In this document: one piece after another, positions 1 to 11,843 of the stretch
How positions within the stretch are numbered: the first letter of the stretch is position 1
Layout of the letters: each line of letters starts with the position of its first letter
Assembly (NCBI GenBank): GCA_002269645.1
Contig: NIVC01000157.1
Location: 622,345-675,791 of the forward strand
Reading direction: 5' to 3'
DNA: 53,447 bases
DNA from: Macrostomum lignano
Taxonomy: Eukaryota
Translations under genes and position numbers: made by a program
Notes under the pieces: model-generated
What the model saw: only the letters and a program-made list of their open reading frames with translations
What the model was told of the DNA's origin: nothing
The model's database searches: none

Positions 1-723
1 CAGCTAATATGCTAAGTCGGGGGGGGGGGTTGGCCTTCAATCGTGCCACCTTTTTGTCGCACCTCCCCATGTGATCGCGTGCTTATTTATACCCGACGCG
101 TAAAGCTAATAAATTTTACTTTTCTCGCTTGCAACTTACCTCGTTTTCGCAAGGCCGCTAAATTCAGGTCAATATGTCTATGGACCATAGACTAAACTTC
201 AACTTCTTGAGCTAATGTACGAGCTATCAATAATTAAATACGAGTATTCGAAAACCTGCTTTTTGCATAAATTACAGATATCAGCCAGTGCACTTTAAAA
301 GTCTTAAAGTATTGCGCAACTGTGTATAGGCCTCACTGCTATATATTGGTTTTGACAATCAATATGAGAAAATGGACAATCAAAATGAAAACAGCCGTAG
401 ATCTGCATGCAGCAGCTCAGCTCAGCTTCGCAGCAGCTGCGGCTTAGGCCATAGATTTTGACGATCGAAATGAGGCTGTTTTCATTTTGATTGTCCATTT
501 TCTCATATTGATTGTCAAAACCAATATCACTCACTGTGTATATCACTGCTATGTATTTGACTGCCAGTACGAAGCATATATGGCTGATGCTAAAAAATGG
601 TCTGTCTGTGCGTGCCCGGGTCTCCGGTGCTTGCTACGTCTGTTGGATGCTTGCTGACTGGCGCCACTATATAGTATATGCAAGGGATAGATCAATGCTC
701 AGCGGCTGCGTGCAGTTTGTGGA

Positions 724-853
724 ATGCTTGTTGTCTGTGGGATTTTTTGCTGTCTGGGGAATGCTTGCTGTCTCGGAGATGCTTGGTAGATTACATCATT
801 ATTAAAATTATTACATTCTTTCTTTGCTCTCCAACGGGGGTGTAGATTGCTAA
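724..853 (+). mobile_element. Helitron 3' end remnant (hairpin, degenerate CTAA terminus)
   Basis: Near-copy of 5168-5296: TGCTTGCTGTCTG-type short repeats, TTACATCATTATTAAAATTATTACATTCTTTCTTTGCTC, then C-rich/G-rich hairpin and TGTAGATTGCTAA (CTAG in the other copy). Confidence 0.55.
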
Positions 854-1402
854 AAATTTCACAGCTTACTGGGCTGGGCAAATTGCATAGATGTCAACGC
901 TCGAGTTTAATTGCTGTGATGTCGATGTTTAATGAGGGAATTCCTCAGATGCCAAGATTAACTGGGGAAAGTACTGAGATATTAAGGCCTACTGGGGTCT
1001 TGAGATAGCCCTTGGACTATCGTGGCTCATAGGGGATGGCTGAATTGTTGGGGAGGGGGTTAGGTTGCTGAGCCATTGTAAGATCGTCAAGTAGTACGGC
1101 TCAAGTAGCTCATGTATTTAGGATAATGAAATAGTACACACAAGTGATGCTGATTTCTTCTAATAGGAAATACCTGTATTTAATAAAGGTTTTGTTTTTC
1201 AGTTAGGCTAATAATAAGGGGTCCAAGGCCGTGAGCTCCTGCTGTAGACCAGAATATGCCCCGGCCAGTGACAATATGCACTAAGAGTTTGTGCGTGAAA
1301 GGATAAGCACTATTTGCTGATTGAGAAAGAGTATTGGGTTGATAAAGTAAACTTTTTTGGCTGATGAAAGTTTTGATTCATGACAATTTGGTGTCATTTT
1401 TA

Positions 1403-1434
1403 AGCCCCCCCCCAGCGGGGGGCTAAATGGCTAG
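1403..1434 (+). mobile_element. Helitron 3' terminus (GC hairpin + CTAG)
   Basis: AGCCCCCC-CCCAGC-GGGGGGCT stem-loop (1403-1424) followed 6 nt later by CTAG (1431-1434) and then T. Confidence 0.6.
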
Positions 1435-1473
1435 TCACAATATACTAAATCTGAATCTGAAAAGTTTCTATGC

Positions 1474-1501
1474 ATGTATGTATGTATGTATGTATGTATG
1501 T
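1474..1501 (+). repeat. (ATGT)7 microsatellite in Helitron 5' region
   Basis: Direct reading of the sequence. Confidence 0.95.
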
Positions 1502-1974
1502 ACATAATCCATTTTAAAGGAGTTTATCCAACCGGTTTTTTTCAAACTTGCCCATTCGATCAGAAATTCTTGCGAATGGGTACAGTTCTCTTGGCGAAGA
1601 GATTGCTTCATTTTAGAGATATTAAATATTCGAAAAACTGTATTTTCCTATCTAATTAGTGCATTTTTCTTGCAGTGAGAGCTCAATACGTCTACGGTCA
1701 CAAATTATTAATTCTTGAGCTGATGCTATGAGCTATAAATAGCTATACCTAGCTTATTGAGTGCAAGGTTTGTCTCCATATACTCTTTTTCTGATACTAA
1801 CGCTTACTTAAAACAACTCTATAGTGGTTGGTGCGAGAAATCAAAAAGTATTGAGCTCCGAGCTCACTAGACGACTTTTATTTTTTGGTACAAGCGAACG
1901 TAAGTATAATTGATGCATAAAAGCACAAGGGTTTTAAAAGAACGCACACGCTAGTCACTGACAATAAAGCATTG

Positions 1975-4036
1975 CCTGTGCAGCGGGGCCAGAACACTAG
2001 AGAGATTTGGCAAAAACTTGCCGTAGTAGTTGATGAGGCCCAAGAAGCTCCTCGGTTGAGTCGTGTTAGTCGGTGCAGGCGCGTCCAGCACAGCTTGAAC
2101 CTTATCGTCCAGCAGGTGCAGCCCTTCGGCGTCGATGCGGTTGCCTAGGTATGTGACTTCGTCCCTGAAAAAGGTGCACTTCTCAAGCTTGCAGGTCAGC
2201 CCGGACTCCTTGAAGACCTTCAGAACTGCTCTCAGGTTGCGGAGGTGACTGGCGTCATCTTCGGCTGTGATGATGACATCATCGATGAAGGATGCAGAGT
2301 GCGGAATTTCTCGCAATAAGCTGTCCATCACCCGCTGAAACAAGCTGGCGCGCGATCGACACGCCGAAAGGCAGACGGGTGTAGCGAAGAAGTCCCAGCG
2401 AGGTGTTGATGGTACATAGCTCCTGAGCATCCTCATCCAGGGGAAGCTGCGAAAATGCCTGGCTCAGATCCAGTTTTGAGAACTTCTTACCGCCAGCCAA
2501 GCGTGAAAACAGCTCGTCGATGTTCGGCAGCGGGTAAGCCTCAGGCCGGATAGCTGCGTCGTTGACGACTGCTTGAAATCAGCGCAGATGCGCACGCTGC
2601 CGTCGAACTTCATTACCGGCACGATCGGGGACGCCCAGTCGGAATTTTTGACCGGCACCAGGATTCTTTGGTCGATTTCCTTCTGCAGCTGCTGCTCAAC
2701 CTTCTCGCGCAGCGCAAACGGCACCGGCCGCGCCTTACAGAACCTTGGTCTGGCGTTCTCCTTCAGACTGATGGACACCGGCTTGCCGCTGAGCTCGCCC
2801 AGACCTTGGAAGACTTCTGAGAACTCCTGTAGCAACTCCTTGGCTGCATCAGCTTCTTCCATTCGCTTGATAGAAGAATTTTTGGTCGCAGGCTCGGACG
2901 ACAACCGGCGACAACCAGCAGCGGCAGCTGTTCCTCGGCCGAACCTTGCGAAGCTCACACGCGTACGAAGAGCTGACCGAGGACACGGACGGTTTGACCG
3001 GTGTACGTACTGAGCTGAACCGTTGACGCAGACAGAGACATCCGGCTTTCCAGGTTTTCCTTGAACGTACGTTCGGACATCAGCGATACGGATGCCCCCG
3101 TGTCCACCTCCATCTCGAATCGCTTCTCCTCGCTGAAGACAGAGGTCACGATTGGAGGAAACCTGGCCTGCGATCGGTCAGCACCCAGATGGTAGAAGGG
3201 ATAAGCGACCTCGGCTGGGCTGGGCGGCTCGGCGGCCTGAGCTGAGCTGCTGTCTGAAGGCTGCTGGTCAACCAGCTGGTGCAGCTGGTGCGTGTGTGTC
3301 CCCGCCTTGCATGCCTTCGCGGTGTGCCCGGTTTTGCTGCAGTTGAAACAGCGTTTGTCCGCGAAGGGACATTTGGCTGCCGGATGGCGAGTCGACAAGC
3401 AGCGGAAACAGCGCCGCCGGCCTTCTGTTCCAGACTGACGGTGGTCTTGCGGTCGCTGTCGTTCCATTCGAAGCATGGAGTCGCTCTCTGTCGCTGACGA
3501 TGCCGATGTCGCTGCCGCAGGTTTTGCTGAGCCCAGCGATTGACAGTTTTTGGCTGCTGACTCGCCCGCTTGCGCAATCTGTTTGGCAGTATCGAGGGTG
3601 AGCTCGGCCTCCATCAGGAGCCGGCGCTGGATTTGCTGGTCCGCAATGCCGCACACCAGCCTGTCGCGCAGCATGTCAGACAGGCTGCCGCCGTAATTGC
3701 AGAACTCCGCAAGCTTCCGCAGCTCCGCACCGACTCTCCAGGGCGCTGAACTCGGTTATTGAAGTGGAACCTCTGAATGACCTCACTCGGCCTTGGGTTG
3801 AAATGAGCGCTCAGCAGCTCGCATATTTCGGCATAGGATTTGTCCGCGACTTTATCTGGAGAGCAGAGGCTTCTGGCCAACTGGAAGGTTTTTCTACCGC
3901 AGAAGCTCAGCAGGGTGGCCCTCTTTTTACTTTCGTCGGTGATGTCCTGTGCCAGGAAATGTTGCTCCAGACGCTCCTGGTACTCATCCCAGGTTTCCTC
4001 GGAGTCCTCATATTCTCCGATTGCGTGGTTAGGCAT
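1975..4036 (-). pseudogene. Gypsy A gag-protease-RT, frameshifted and truncated after the RT
   Basis: ORFs 3614-4036 and 2955-3674 (gag, CFRC/CFNC zinc knuckles, EVDTGAS protease), 2464-2958, 2279-2500 and 1951-2436 (RT: PFGVS, FIDDVII, YLG, FLGLINYY). Confidence 0.9.
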
Positions 4037-4056
4037 TTCTCAGCCACAATCCTCGT

Positions 4057-4237
4057 CGACTTTTATATTTTTGGTACAAGCGAACGTAAGAGTAATTGAT
4101 GCATAAAAGCACAAGGGTTTTAAAAGAACGCACACACTAGACACTGACAATGAAGCATTGTCAGTCAATCGATAAAATAAAACAGCGAGTGTACTCACTG
4201 TACACCCGCTGAGTCACGCGATACGATATTACCTACA
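4057..4237 (-). repeat. Gypsy A 5' LTR
   Basis: TG start, adjacent to the PBS remnant and gag ATG at 4036; 4057-4160 repeated at 1868-1974. Confidence 0.8.
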
Positions 4238-4397
4238 CCTAATTTGCCTTGGCTTTTTATGAACTCATAAATTTTAGAACTTATGTATGTTTTAGAATTT
4301 ATGAATATCCTCATCTTCAACTTGAATTGTTTGAAACCAGAACTGATTGTTTGAATTAAGCCGGGTGTTACTAAAGTGCATAATCACTTGAACAGAA

Positions 4398-4676
4398 ATG
4401 CTTCGAGGACGTTGTGCTAGCAACTTGAATAAAAATCGTGAAGCCAAACGAAGGCGTCTTCAACAAAGCGAGTTGCAGCGCGAAAAAGAGAGGCTGAGGA
4501 TGGCGGATCGCCGGGCAAAGGAGACGGAAGCTGCGGAACGGCAAGCTAGACTGGAAGAGTTGCGCCAGCGTGTTTCCGAGAGCCGGGCAAAGGAGATGGA
4601 AGCGGAACGGCAAACACGGCTGGAAGAGTTGCGCCTGTCAATGTTAAAATTAAGCGTAGCTCGTAGGTCTGCGTAG
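4398..4676 (+). pseudogene. Charged R/E-rich repeat ORF resembling a Helitron RepHel N-terminus
   Basis: Duplicated RRAKETEAAERQARLEELR / SRAKEMEAERQTRLEELR unit; same style as 14585-14845, which lies upstream of a Helitron helicase. Confidence 0.45.
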
Positions 4677-5779
4677 GTTTCTACGTAGGTCTTAGAAATA
4701 TCTTTTGCTCAAAAGTTGATATAAAAGCAATTCGTGGGTTACCTGTAACAAGAATAGAGTTTAACTATTTGTGTAAACAATAAATATTGAGACAAATATA
4801 TTGTACTTATACCGCGCAATTTTTTTTTTGACGGGGATTAGACAAAAAAATTTTTACGAGCTCGTACTACTTTACTAATATTAGAAATGATTTACATATA
4901 TTGGTCTAATTAGTTAAATATTTAGTCAAATTAGACCTCACAAAATGTAGGGATTATTACGTTCGTATATTGATAAAATATTTCCCATTTGGCCGAGTTT
5001 TTAATGAAAATTATATTATATATAGTATGCAAAAGACAAAAACGTAGTCTGCTTTTTTCATATCAATTTCAACCTTACTCGAAATTTACTAGAACCAGCA
5101 ACAGTGTGTCTTTGTTTGTATTGTTTTTTCATGTCTAGCTATACAAATCCAAACGCTGTTTGAATTAGCTTGCTGTCTGGGGGATGCTTGCTGTCTGAGG
5201 GATGCTTGCTGTCTGTGGGGATTGCTTGCTATATTACATCATTATTAAAATTATTACATTCTTTCTTTGCTCCCCAACTGGGGTGTAGATTGCTAGTTCC
5301 GCAGTCTAAACTAGGCCGCAAAATGCTATATTAACTTTTTCAGTTTAGTAAAACAGTTGTATCTAATAGAACATTTATAAATTGTCGAAAATGAAAAATC
5401 TCGTATTTTTCATGTTGAGAGTGATGTAACCACGCTTTGGTCGCGGGATCTGGTGAGGGAAATTTTTTTTACCTCCTCCTCCGGCCTCCGTGCACCTACT
5501 GGGCAGAGCTGTCGAGACTGGGCCGGGTCTCTGACCAGGCCAACTGACTCCTGCTCTGTTGCATCCCCCTGTTGTCTCGGTTCCGTCTCCCACTCAGCCA
5601 CACGTGCCTTTTCGGAGCCCCCTTTTCTTTCTGCCCCTCACTCGTCTCCCCGTTTCCCATGCGCCCCACCCCATCTATCATGTACTTCTCCCGCTTCCCA
5701 TCTTTATGTTACGCTTTAGCTCGTTTTTCTTGCGCTGTCCCTTCCTCATCCTGTGCTTACTTACAGTACTTCTTGTGCT

Positions 5780-6002
5780 TGTTGAAAAAGTAATGTAAAT
5801 TGTCTCTATGCTAATTATAGTAACTCTCGTTAGATTCCCCAAGTCTTAGAACTTTCTAGAACGATACTGTATAAGTTTGTCTATGCCTAAAACTAAAGCT
5901 ATTAATCAGCCACTGGCTTCATCCTCTCTTAACTTTCCCCTTTTGCTCGTTGACTAAGAAATATACTCGATCAGCTACACTACTGCGTTTGAAAAGCCAA
6001 CA
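5780..6002 (+). repeat. Copia 5' LTR (223 bp)
   Basis: Matches 10170-10212 joined to 10734-10913, with about 5 differences by eye. Confidence 0.95.
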
Positions 6003-6032
6003 GGTTATGGGCCCAGCACGCTTCCACTGCGC
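6003..6032 (+). promoter_or_regulatory. Copia primer-binding site, complementary to the 5' half of initiator tRNA-Met
   Basis: Reverse complement is GCGCAGTGGAAGCGTGCTGGGCCCATAACC, matching eukaryotic tRNAiMet nt 10-39 as recalled. Confidence 0.85.
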
Positions 6033-6106
6033 ATAAGTGGTAGCTGATCCAGAAGCCTCGCTCAGACGGAAAATAGGCTTGTTCTCGACACGAACTTTCC
6101 GAAGAA

Positions 6107-9100
6107 ATGGCGGATGATAAGTTTCAAGTCGACAAGCTGGGAAGCGGAAACTGGACTACCTGGAAGATCCAGATCAAGTTCTGTCTTATAGCGAGGAAGC
6201 TCTGGGGAGTCGTCGACGGTTCCGTAATTCTCGCAGAGGATGCTACTCAGGAGCAAGAAAACGAATTTCGAGAGCAGGAACAGAGAGCTGCTGCAGTGAT
6301 CGTTGTTTCAATCAAGAAAGAGTTCATCTATCTAATAACTTCGTGTGGCGAAGATCCACATCGGATGTGGCAAGCTCTCCAACAGCACTTCGAACGAGAA
6401 TCAACTGCGAATAAGATCTATTTGAAGAAACAGATTTTCCGGCTGCAGATGAGTGAAAGGACCCGCGTACAGGATCATATACGCCATATGAAGGAGCTGA
6501 CCGACAAACTGGCCTCTGTCAACGCACCCGTCAGTGAAGAGGACCAAGTGGTCATGCTGCTCAGCAGCCTGCCTGAGAGCTACTCTACCTTGGTTACTGC
6601 CTTGGAAGCTCGCGGTGATGATCTTACTCTGCAGATGGTTCACCAAGCACTCATCAACGAGGAGCAAAAGCGGAGTGAATTAGGTGAGCGAGGGTCTGGT
6701 GGTACACAGGGTGGAGAGTCTGCACTGAAGACCCAAAAAGGCCAAGGTCTGCCACGTCGTGCTATCAAATGTTTCAATTGCGGAAAGATGGGTCACTTTG
6801 CCCGAGACTGTCGTTCAGGAGGAGCGAAAAAGTTCGTCAAGGACCCAGGACCTGCACGGTATGTCGCCAAAACAGCCGATGGTGCTGCGACCCGGGACAT
6901 CGCTGAAACCTCGCCTGATGACGATGGACATAAAAGTAGCTGCAACGAGACATTCTTTATGTCGCCCGCGAAGACCAGCTCTGACATATCCACCTGGATA
7001 ATTGACTCTGGAGCGTCCTGCCACATGACATACTCTAGAGAGCTACTAGTCAACTATAAGCAGTTTGGACGACCTGAACGGGTCAGCCTAGGTGATGGTC
7101 GAACAGTCGAGGCCTGCGGCAGTGGTCAGGTAAAACTCATTATGCTCCTGCCACATGGCAAGCGTTTCAAGACAGCTGCAACAGATGTACTTCTAGTGCC
7201 TCAGCTGTCGTGCAATCTGTTTAGTGTTCGAGCAGCAGCAGCAAAGGATAAAGTGATACAGTTCGATCACTCTAAATGCTGGATTCGCAACAAGGATGGA
7301 CTCCTTGTTGGAAAGGGATCTGTTGTTAACAGAATGTACCAGCTTGACTGTGAAGTAAAATTGCCGGCGAACACTGCGGCAGTAGCAAATGCTGATTCAC
7401 CAGACACAAGTGCAACTTTATGGCACCAGCGCCTTGGTCATGTCAACGAACACCAGCTAAATCAAATGAGCAAAGACCAACTCGTGAGTGGTATCTCTAA
7501 GTTGCAGACTGCATGTGTAGACTTCTGTGAAGGATGTATCGAGGGCAAAATGCACTGCAAGCCTCATAGGTCAATTTCCGAAATCCGCTCTACCGATAGG
7601 CTACAACTAATTCACAGCGATATATGCGGTCCTATGCAAACAGAGTCATTTGGTGGAAACAAGTACTTCGTCACCTTTATTGATGACTACTCACGCTGCG
7701 TTAAGGTTTTCTTCATGCGACAAAGGTCAGAAGTGCTTGATAAGTTTAAGAAGTTTGAGGCCATGGTTACAACAGAAACAGGACTCAATATCAAATCACT
7801 GCGAACTGACGGCGGCGGAGAGTATGCATCAAGCCAATTTACAAAATTCCTGGAGCAGAAGGGCATTCGGCATGAGACTACTGTGGCTCATACACCTCAG
7901 CAAAATGGCGTTGCCGAACGGATGAATCGCACTCTCGTTGAATCAGCCCGCACAATGATGGCCCATGCTGGAGTAAGCAACCAGTTCTGGGCAGAAGCAG
8001 TAAACATCGCAGCTTATGTGCGAAATCGAGTCGTGACGACTGCTGTTACTCCGCAAATGACGCCGTACCAGCGTTGGTATGGGCGCAAGCCAGACGTTGG
8101 GCACTTTCGTGTTTTCGGCTGCGTAGCCTATGCCCACATACCAGATGTGAAGCGAAAGAAGCTGGACAAGAAGGCTGAAAAGCTACGGTTCGTTGGCTAC
8201 AATACGGATGGAAGAAGCTACAGACTGTTTGATGAAAGGTTGAGAAAGACAGTCATCCGCTACGATGTGGTGTTCAACGAGACTGATTTTGGGAGCTCAA
8301 AGAATAGAGCAAGAGACAAGGATGCGAGCTGGTTCAACTTGGAACTTGATGAGCCCAATATGACTGAAGAGACACCAGGTCAAGAACAGGAACAGTCGGT
8401 GTCGACAGAAACTGATCAGAAGCGATACCCTCAACGTGAAAGGAGAGCCCCTGACCGTCTCAAATATGAAGGTGCAAAAGTGGCATCTGAAACCGAACAC
8501 TTTGCGTTCAGAATGACCGAAATTATCGAACCGAAAACGATCGACGAAGCCCTGAAAGGTGACTACGCGAAGCAATGGAAAGCTGCCGCTGACTCAGAGT
8601 ATAATTCCCTGATGGAGAATGAAACCTGGGATCTCGTACGACTACCTGAAGGACGCAAGGCAATCGGATCCAAATGGATCTTTAAGGTCAAGTATGACGG
8701 TGATGGCAAGGTAGATCGTTTTAAGGAAGACTTGTAGCCAAGGGCTATTCACAGAAGTTCGGCATTGATTATGAAGAGACTTTCGCGCCAGTTGTAAAAT
8801 TCCCATCAGTTCGTGCAATGTTGGCATTAGCGGCTAAACATGGATTACACGTTCACCAGATGGACGTTGTAACTGCCTTTTTGAACGGCGAATTGTGCGA
8901 AGAAATTTACATGGAGCAGCCACCCTGTTTCGTCAAGCCAGGAGAGGAAGAGCTGGTTTGCAAGTTAAAGAAGTCGCTTTATGGACTTAAGCAAGCGCCC
9001 CGCTGTTGGAACAAAGCCTTTTGCGACTACCTAGCCAGAATTAACTTCGAGGAAAGCTCAGCCGACAGCTGTGTCTTCATTAGGAAAAGGGAGGATCTCA

Positions 9101-10071
9101 CGGCCCTAGCTGTGTACGTTGACGACCTAATACTAATTGCGAAGAGTCTGGTGGAAATGCAACAAATCAAGGATGAACTTTCCAAAAGGTTCAAGATGAA
9201 AGACATGGGCGAGTTGCACTACTGCCTAGGTGTCAACATCCAAGCAAACAAGGAGGACTGCTGTGTCAAGCTTAATCAGAAGCAGTACATAACCAATCTG
9301 CTTGAACGCTATGGACTTGCAGAGGCGAATCCAGCCTTAACTCCGATGGATCCCAACGTAAAACTAGCCAAATACGACGAGGGCAGCAAGCCAGTTGACT
9401 CTACAGTTTACCAGTCAATGGTTGGAAGCTTGCTTTATGCAGCAACTGCTACACGTCCAGACATCTCGTATGCAGTGGGAGTTGTCTTTAAGTTCAACAA
9501 AAAACCAAGAGAGATACATCTAACCGCGGTAAAACGAATCTTCCGATACCTAAAGGGAACAATCGACTTTGGCCTAGAGTACAACTCTGGTGTAGAGAAC
9601 TTGATCGGCTATTCTGATGCAGACTGGGCGAGTGACGTAGATGATCGACACTCCACCTCTGGCATCGTGTTTAAGCTATCTGGTGGCGCTATCAGCTGGC
9701 TTAGCAAGAAGCAATCAACTGTCTCACTCTCGACAACGGAAGCTGAGTACGTTGCGCTGAGCTCTGCAGCACAAGAAGCCATGTGGCTACGGCGGCTACT
9801 AAGTGATCTTGAAAGATCAGGATCTGAGCGACCCACTGTGATCTACGAGGACAACCAAGGAACCATTGCCCTTTATGAGAATTCTGCTGGAAGCCGACGG
9901 ACAAAGCACATTGATATCAGACATCACTTCATTTGTGAAGCCGTCAGCAATGGGACTATTCGGGTGGTCTACTGTCCAACTGGCGATATGGTTGCAGATG
10001 CGCTTACTTAGCCGTTACCGAAGGACAAGTTCATGCAACTGCGAACAATGCTTGGAGCTGTTAAAATGTAA
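6107..10071 (+). pseudogene. Copia gag-pol polyprotein with one frameshift (~8730) and one premature stop (10009-10011)
   Basis: CFNCGKMGHFARDC knuckle; WIIDSGASCH protease; HQRLGH...CEGC and HSDICGP...RTDGGGEY...QNGVAERMNR integrase; YVDDL RT; GYSDADW...TEAEY...EDNQG RNase H. DRFK(GR)LVAKGYSQ is split by a 1-bp loss; ALT*PLPKDKF continues to TAA 10071. Confidence 0.95.
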
Positions 10072-10212
10072 CAGAGGAGTTTGAATTTACTGACATCTTA
10101 ATCAGAATTTTGTGAAGACTGGACAAATTTTTGTAACTGCATAGATAGACAATTTTCATTAAGTGGGAGTGTTGAAAAAGTAATGTAAATTGTCTCTATG
10201 CTAATTATAGTA

Positions 10213-10725
<513 letters not shown>

Positions 10726-11100
10726 TTATAGTAACTCTCGTTAGATTCCCCAAGTCTTAGAACTTTCTAGAACGATACTGTATAAGTTTGTCTATGCCTA
10801 AAACTAAATCTATTAAATCAGCCACTGGCTTCATCCTCTCTTAACTTCCCCTTTTGCTTGTTGACTAAGAAATATACTCGATCAGCTACACTACTGCGTT
10901 TGAAAAGCCAACAGTGCTCACCGTCGCCCCATCTCCTTCTAGAATCCCAAACGGTGACGCAAGCCTCCTGACCCCCTCCTGCACCCCGATGACTCATCAC
11001 CCCCTCTTGCGCAACCTTTTCTCATGCTATTGTTCTCTTCTCAAGATTTCTCATGCGACACCCACCCCACATCCGCTTCTATTGTTCTCGTTTTTGATTC

Positions 11101-11843
11101 TGTTGTGTCTCGGCCTAATGGCCGATGGACGGGTCAAGGTTCGGGCCCTCCCCGCCTGAGACACCCCGGTCCCAGCCCTCATCCCGGCTATTCCTACCCT
11201 GTCTCGCTCGGTTCGGCGAGAGTTCGCCTGACCGAACACCCTGGGATCGGCGAGAGTTCACCGTTCCCAGGTCCCCGCAGATCCCGGCCCACGTGGCAAC
11301 CCAGAAGAACGAAAGCTCGAGCTCACCTCTCCAGTCAGATACTTGGAATTTAACGAAGTATTTATTGGCCGAGAGCAGATAGTTTGATCGAACAAATTGC
11401 AATCGATCACAACAGTTAGGCGAACGAACAAGCAGAATGCAGACGAACGAGCAAAGTGCAGATGAACAACGAGCGGACACCAATAGAGAAAAACGTGGAG
11501 CGCAGCCCGCTCAGGGCTAGCATTTAAATAATACACAAAAAAGGGGGAAGGGGTGGGGCAGACTGGAGAGGGCGAGCCAAACCCTGGGGCCCAGCCGGCT
11601 TATCAACCAGCCAGCCAATACGAGCAGCCCCAGGGTGAGGCGGGCAACGAGGGAGGGGTTAGGGTCAGCACCCAGATTGGACAGAGGTTGGGCCGGGGCT
11701 GGGTGCAAAGGGCTAGGTCATAGTTGAGACTTACGCCCCTCACAAACCCTGGCCCGGGCGCGAGACAGGGGACGGGGCGGGATGGCAAGCAAAATTGATA
11801 CACAAGTACGAGTACATACACACTGGAAGGGCGCAGCCCAACA
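11101..11843. mobile_element. Putative solo LTR (743 bp)
   Basis: TGTTG...CAACA termini; GC-rich block interrupting a TTGTTCTC-rich context; flanks ATTC/ATTA give only an imperfect 4-bp TSD. Confidence 0.5.

Larger units (their letters stand above)
1868..4237 (-). mobile_element. Internally deleted Ty3/Gypsy LTR retrotransposon (A)
   Basis: 5' LTR 4237-4057 starting TGTAGG; PBS remnant CGACGAGGAT; gag-PR-RT; partial 3' LTR 1974-1868 matching 4057-4160. No TSD found. Confidence 0.85.
1435..5296 (+). mobile_element. Non-autonomous Helitron with nested Gypsy fragment
   Basis: 5' TCACAATATACTAAA plus (ATGT)n, resembling the other Helitron 5' ends at 12879, 19925 and 22497; 3' hairpin CCCCAACTGGGG and CTAG|T at 5293-5297; charged-repeat ORF at 4398. 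That both ends belong to one element is inferred. Confidence 0.5.
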
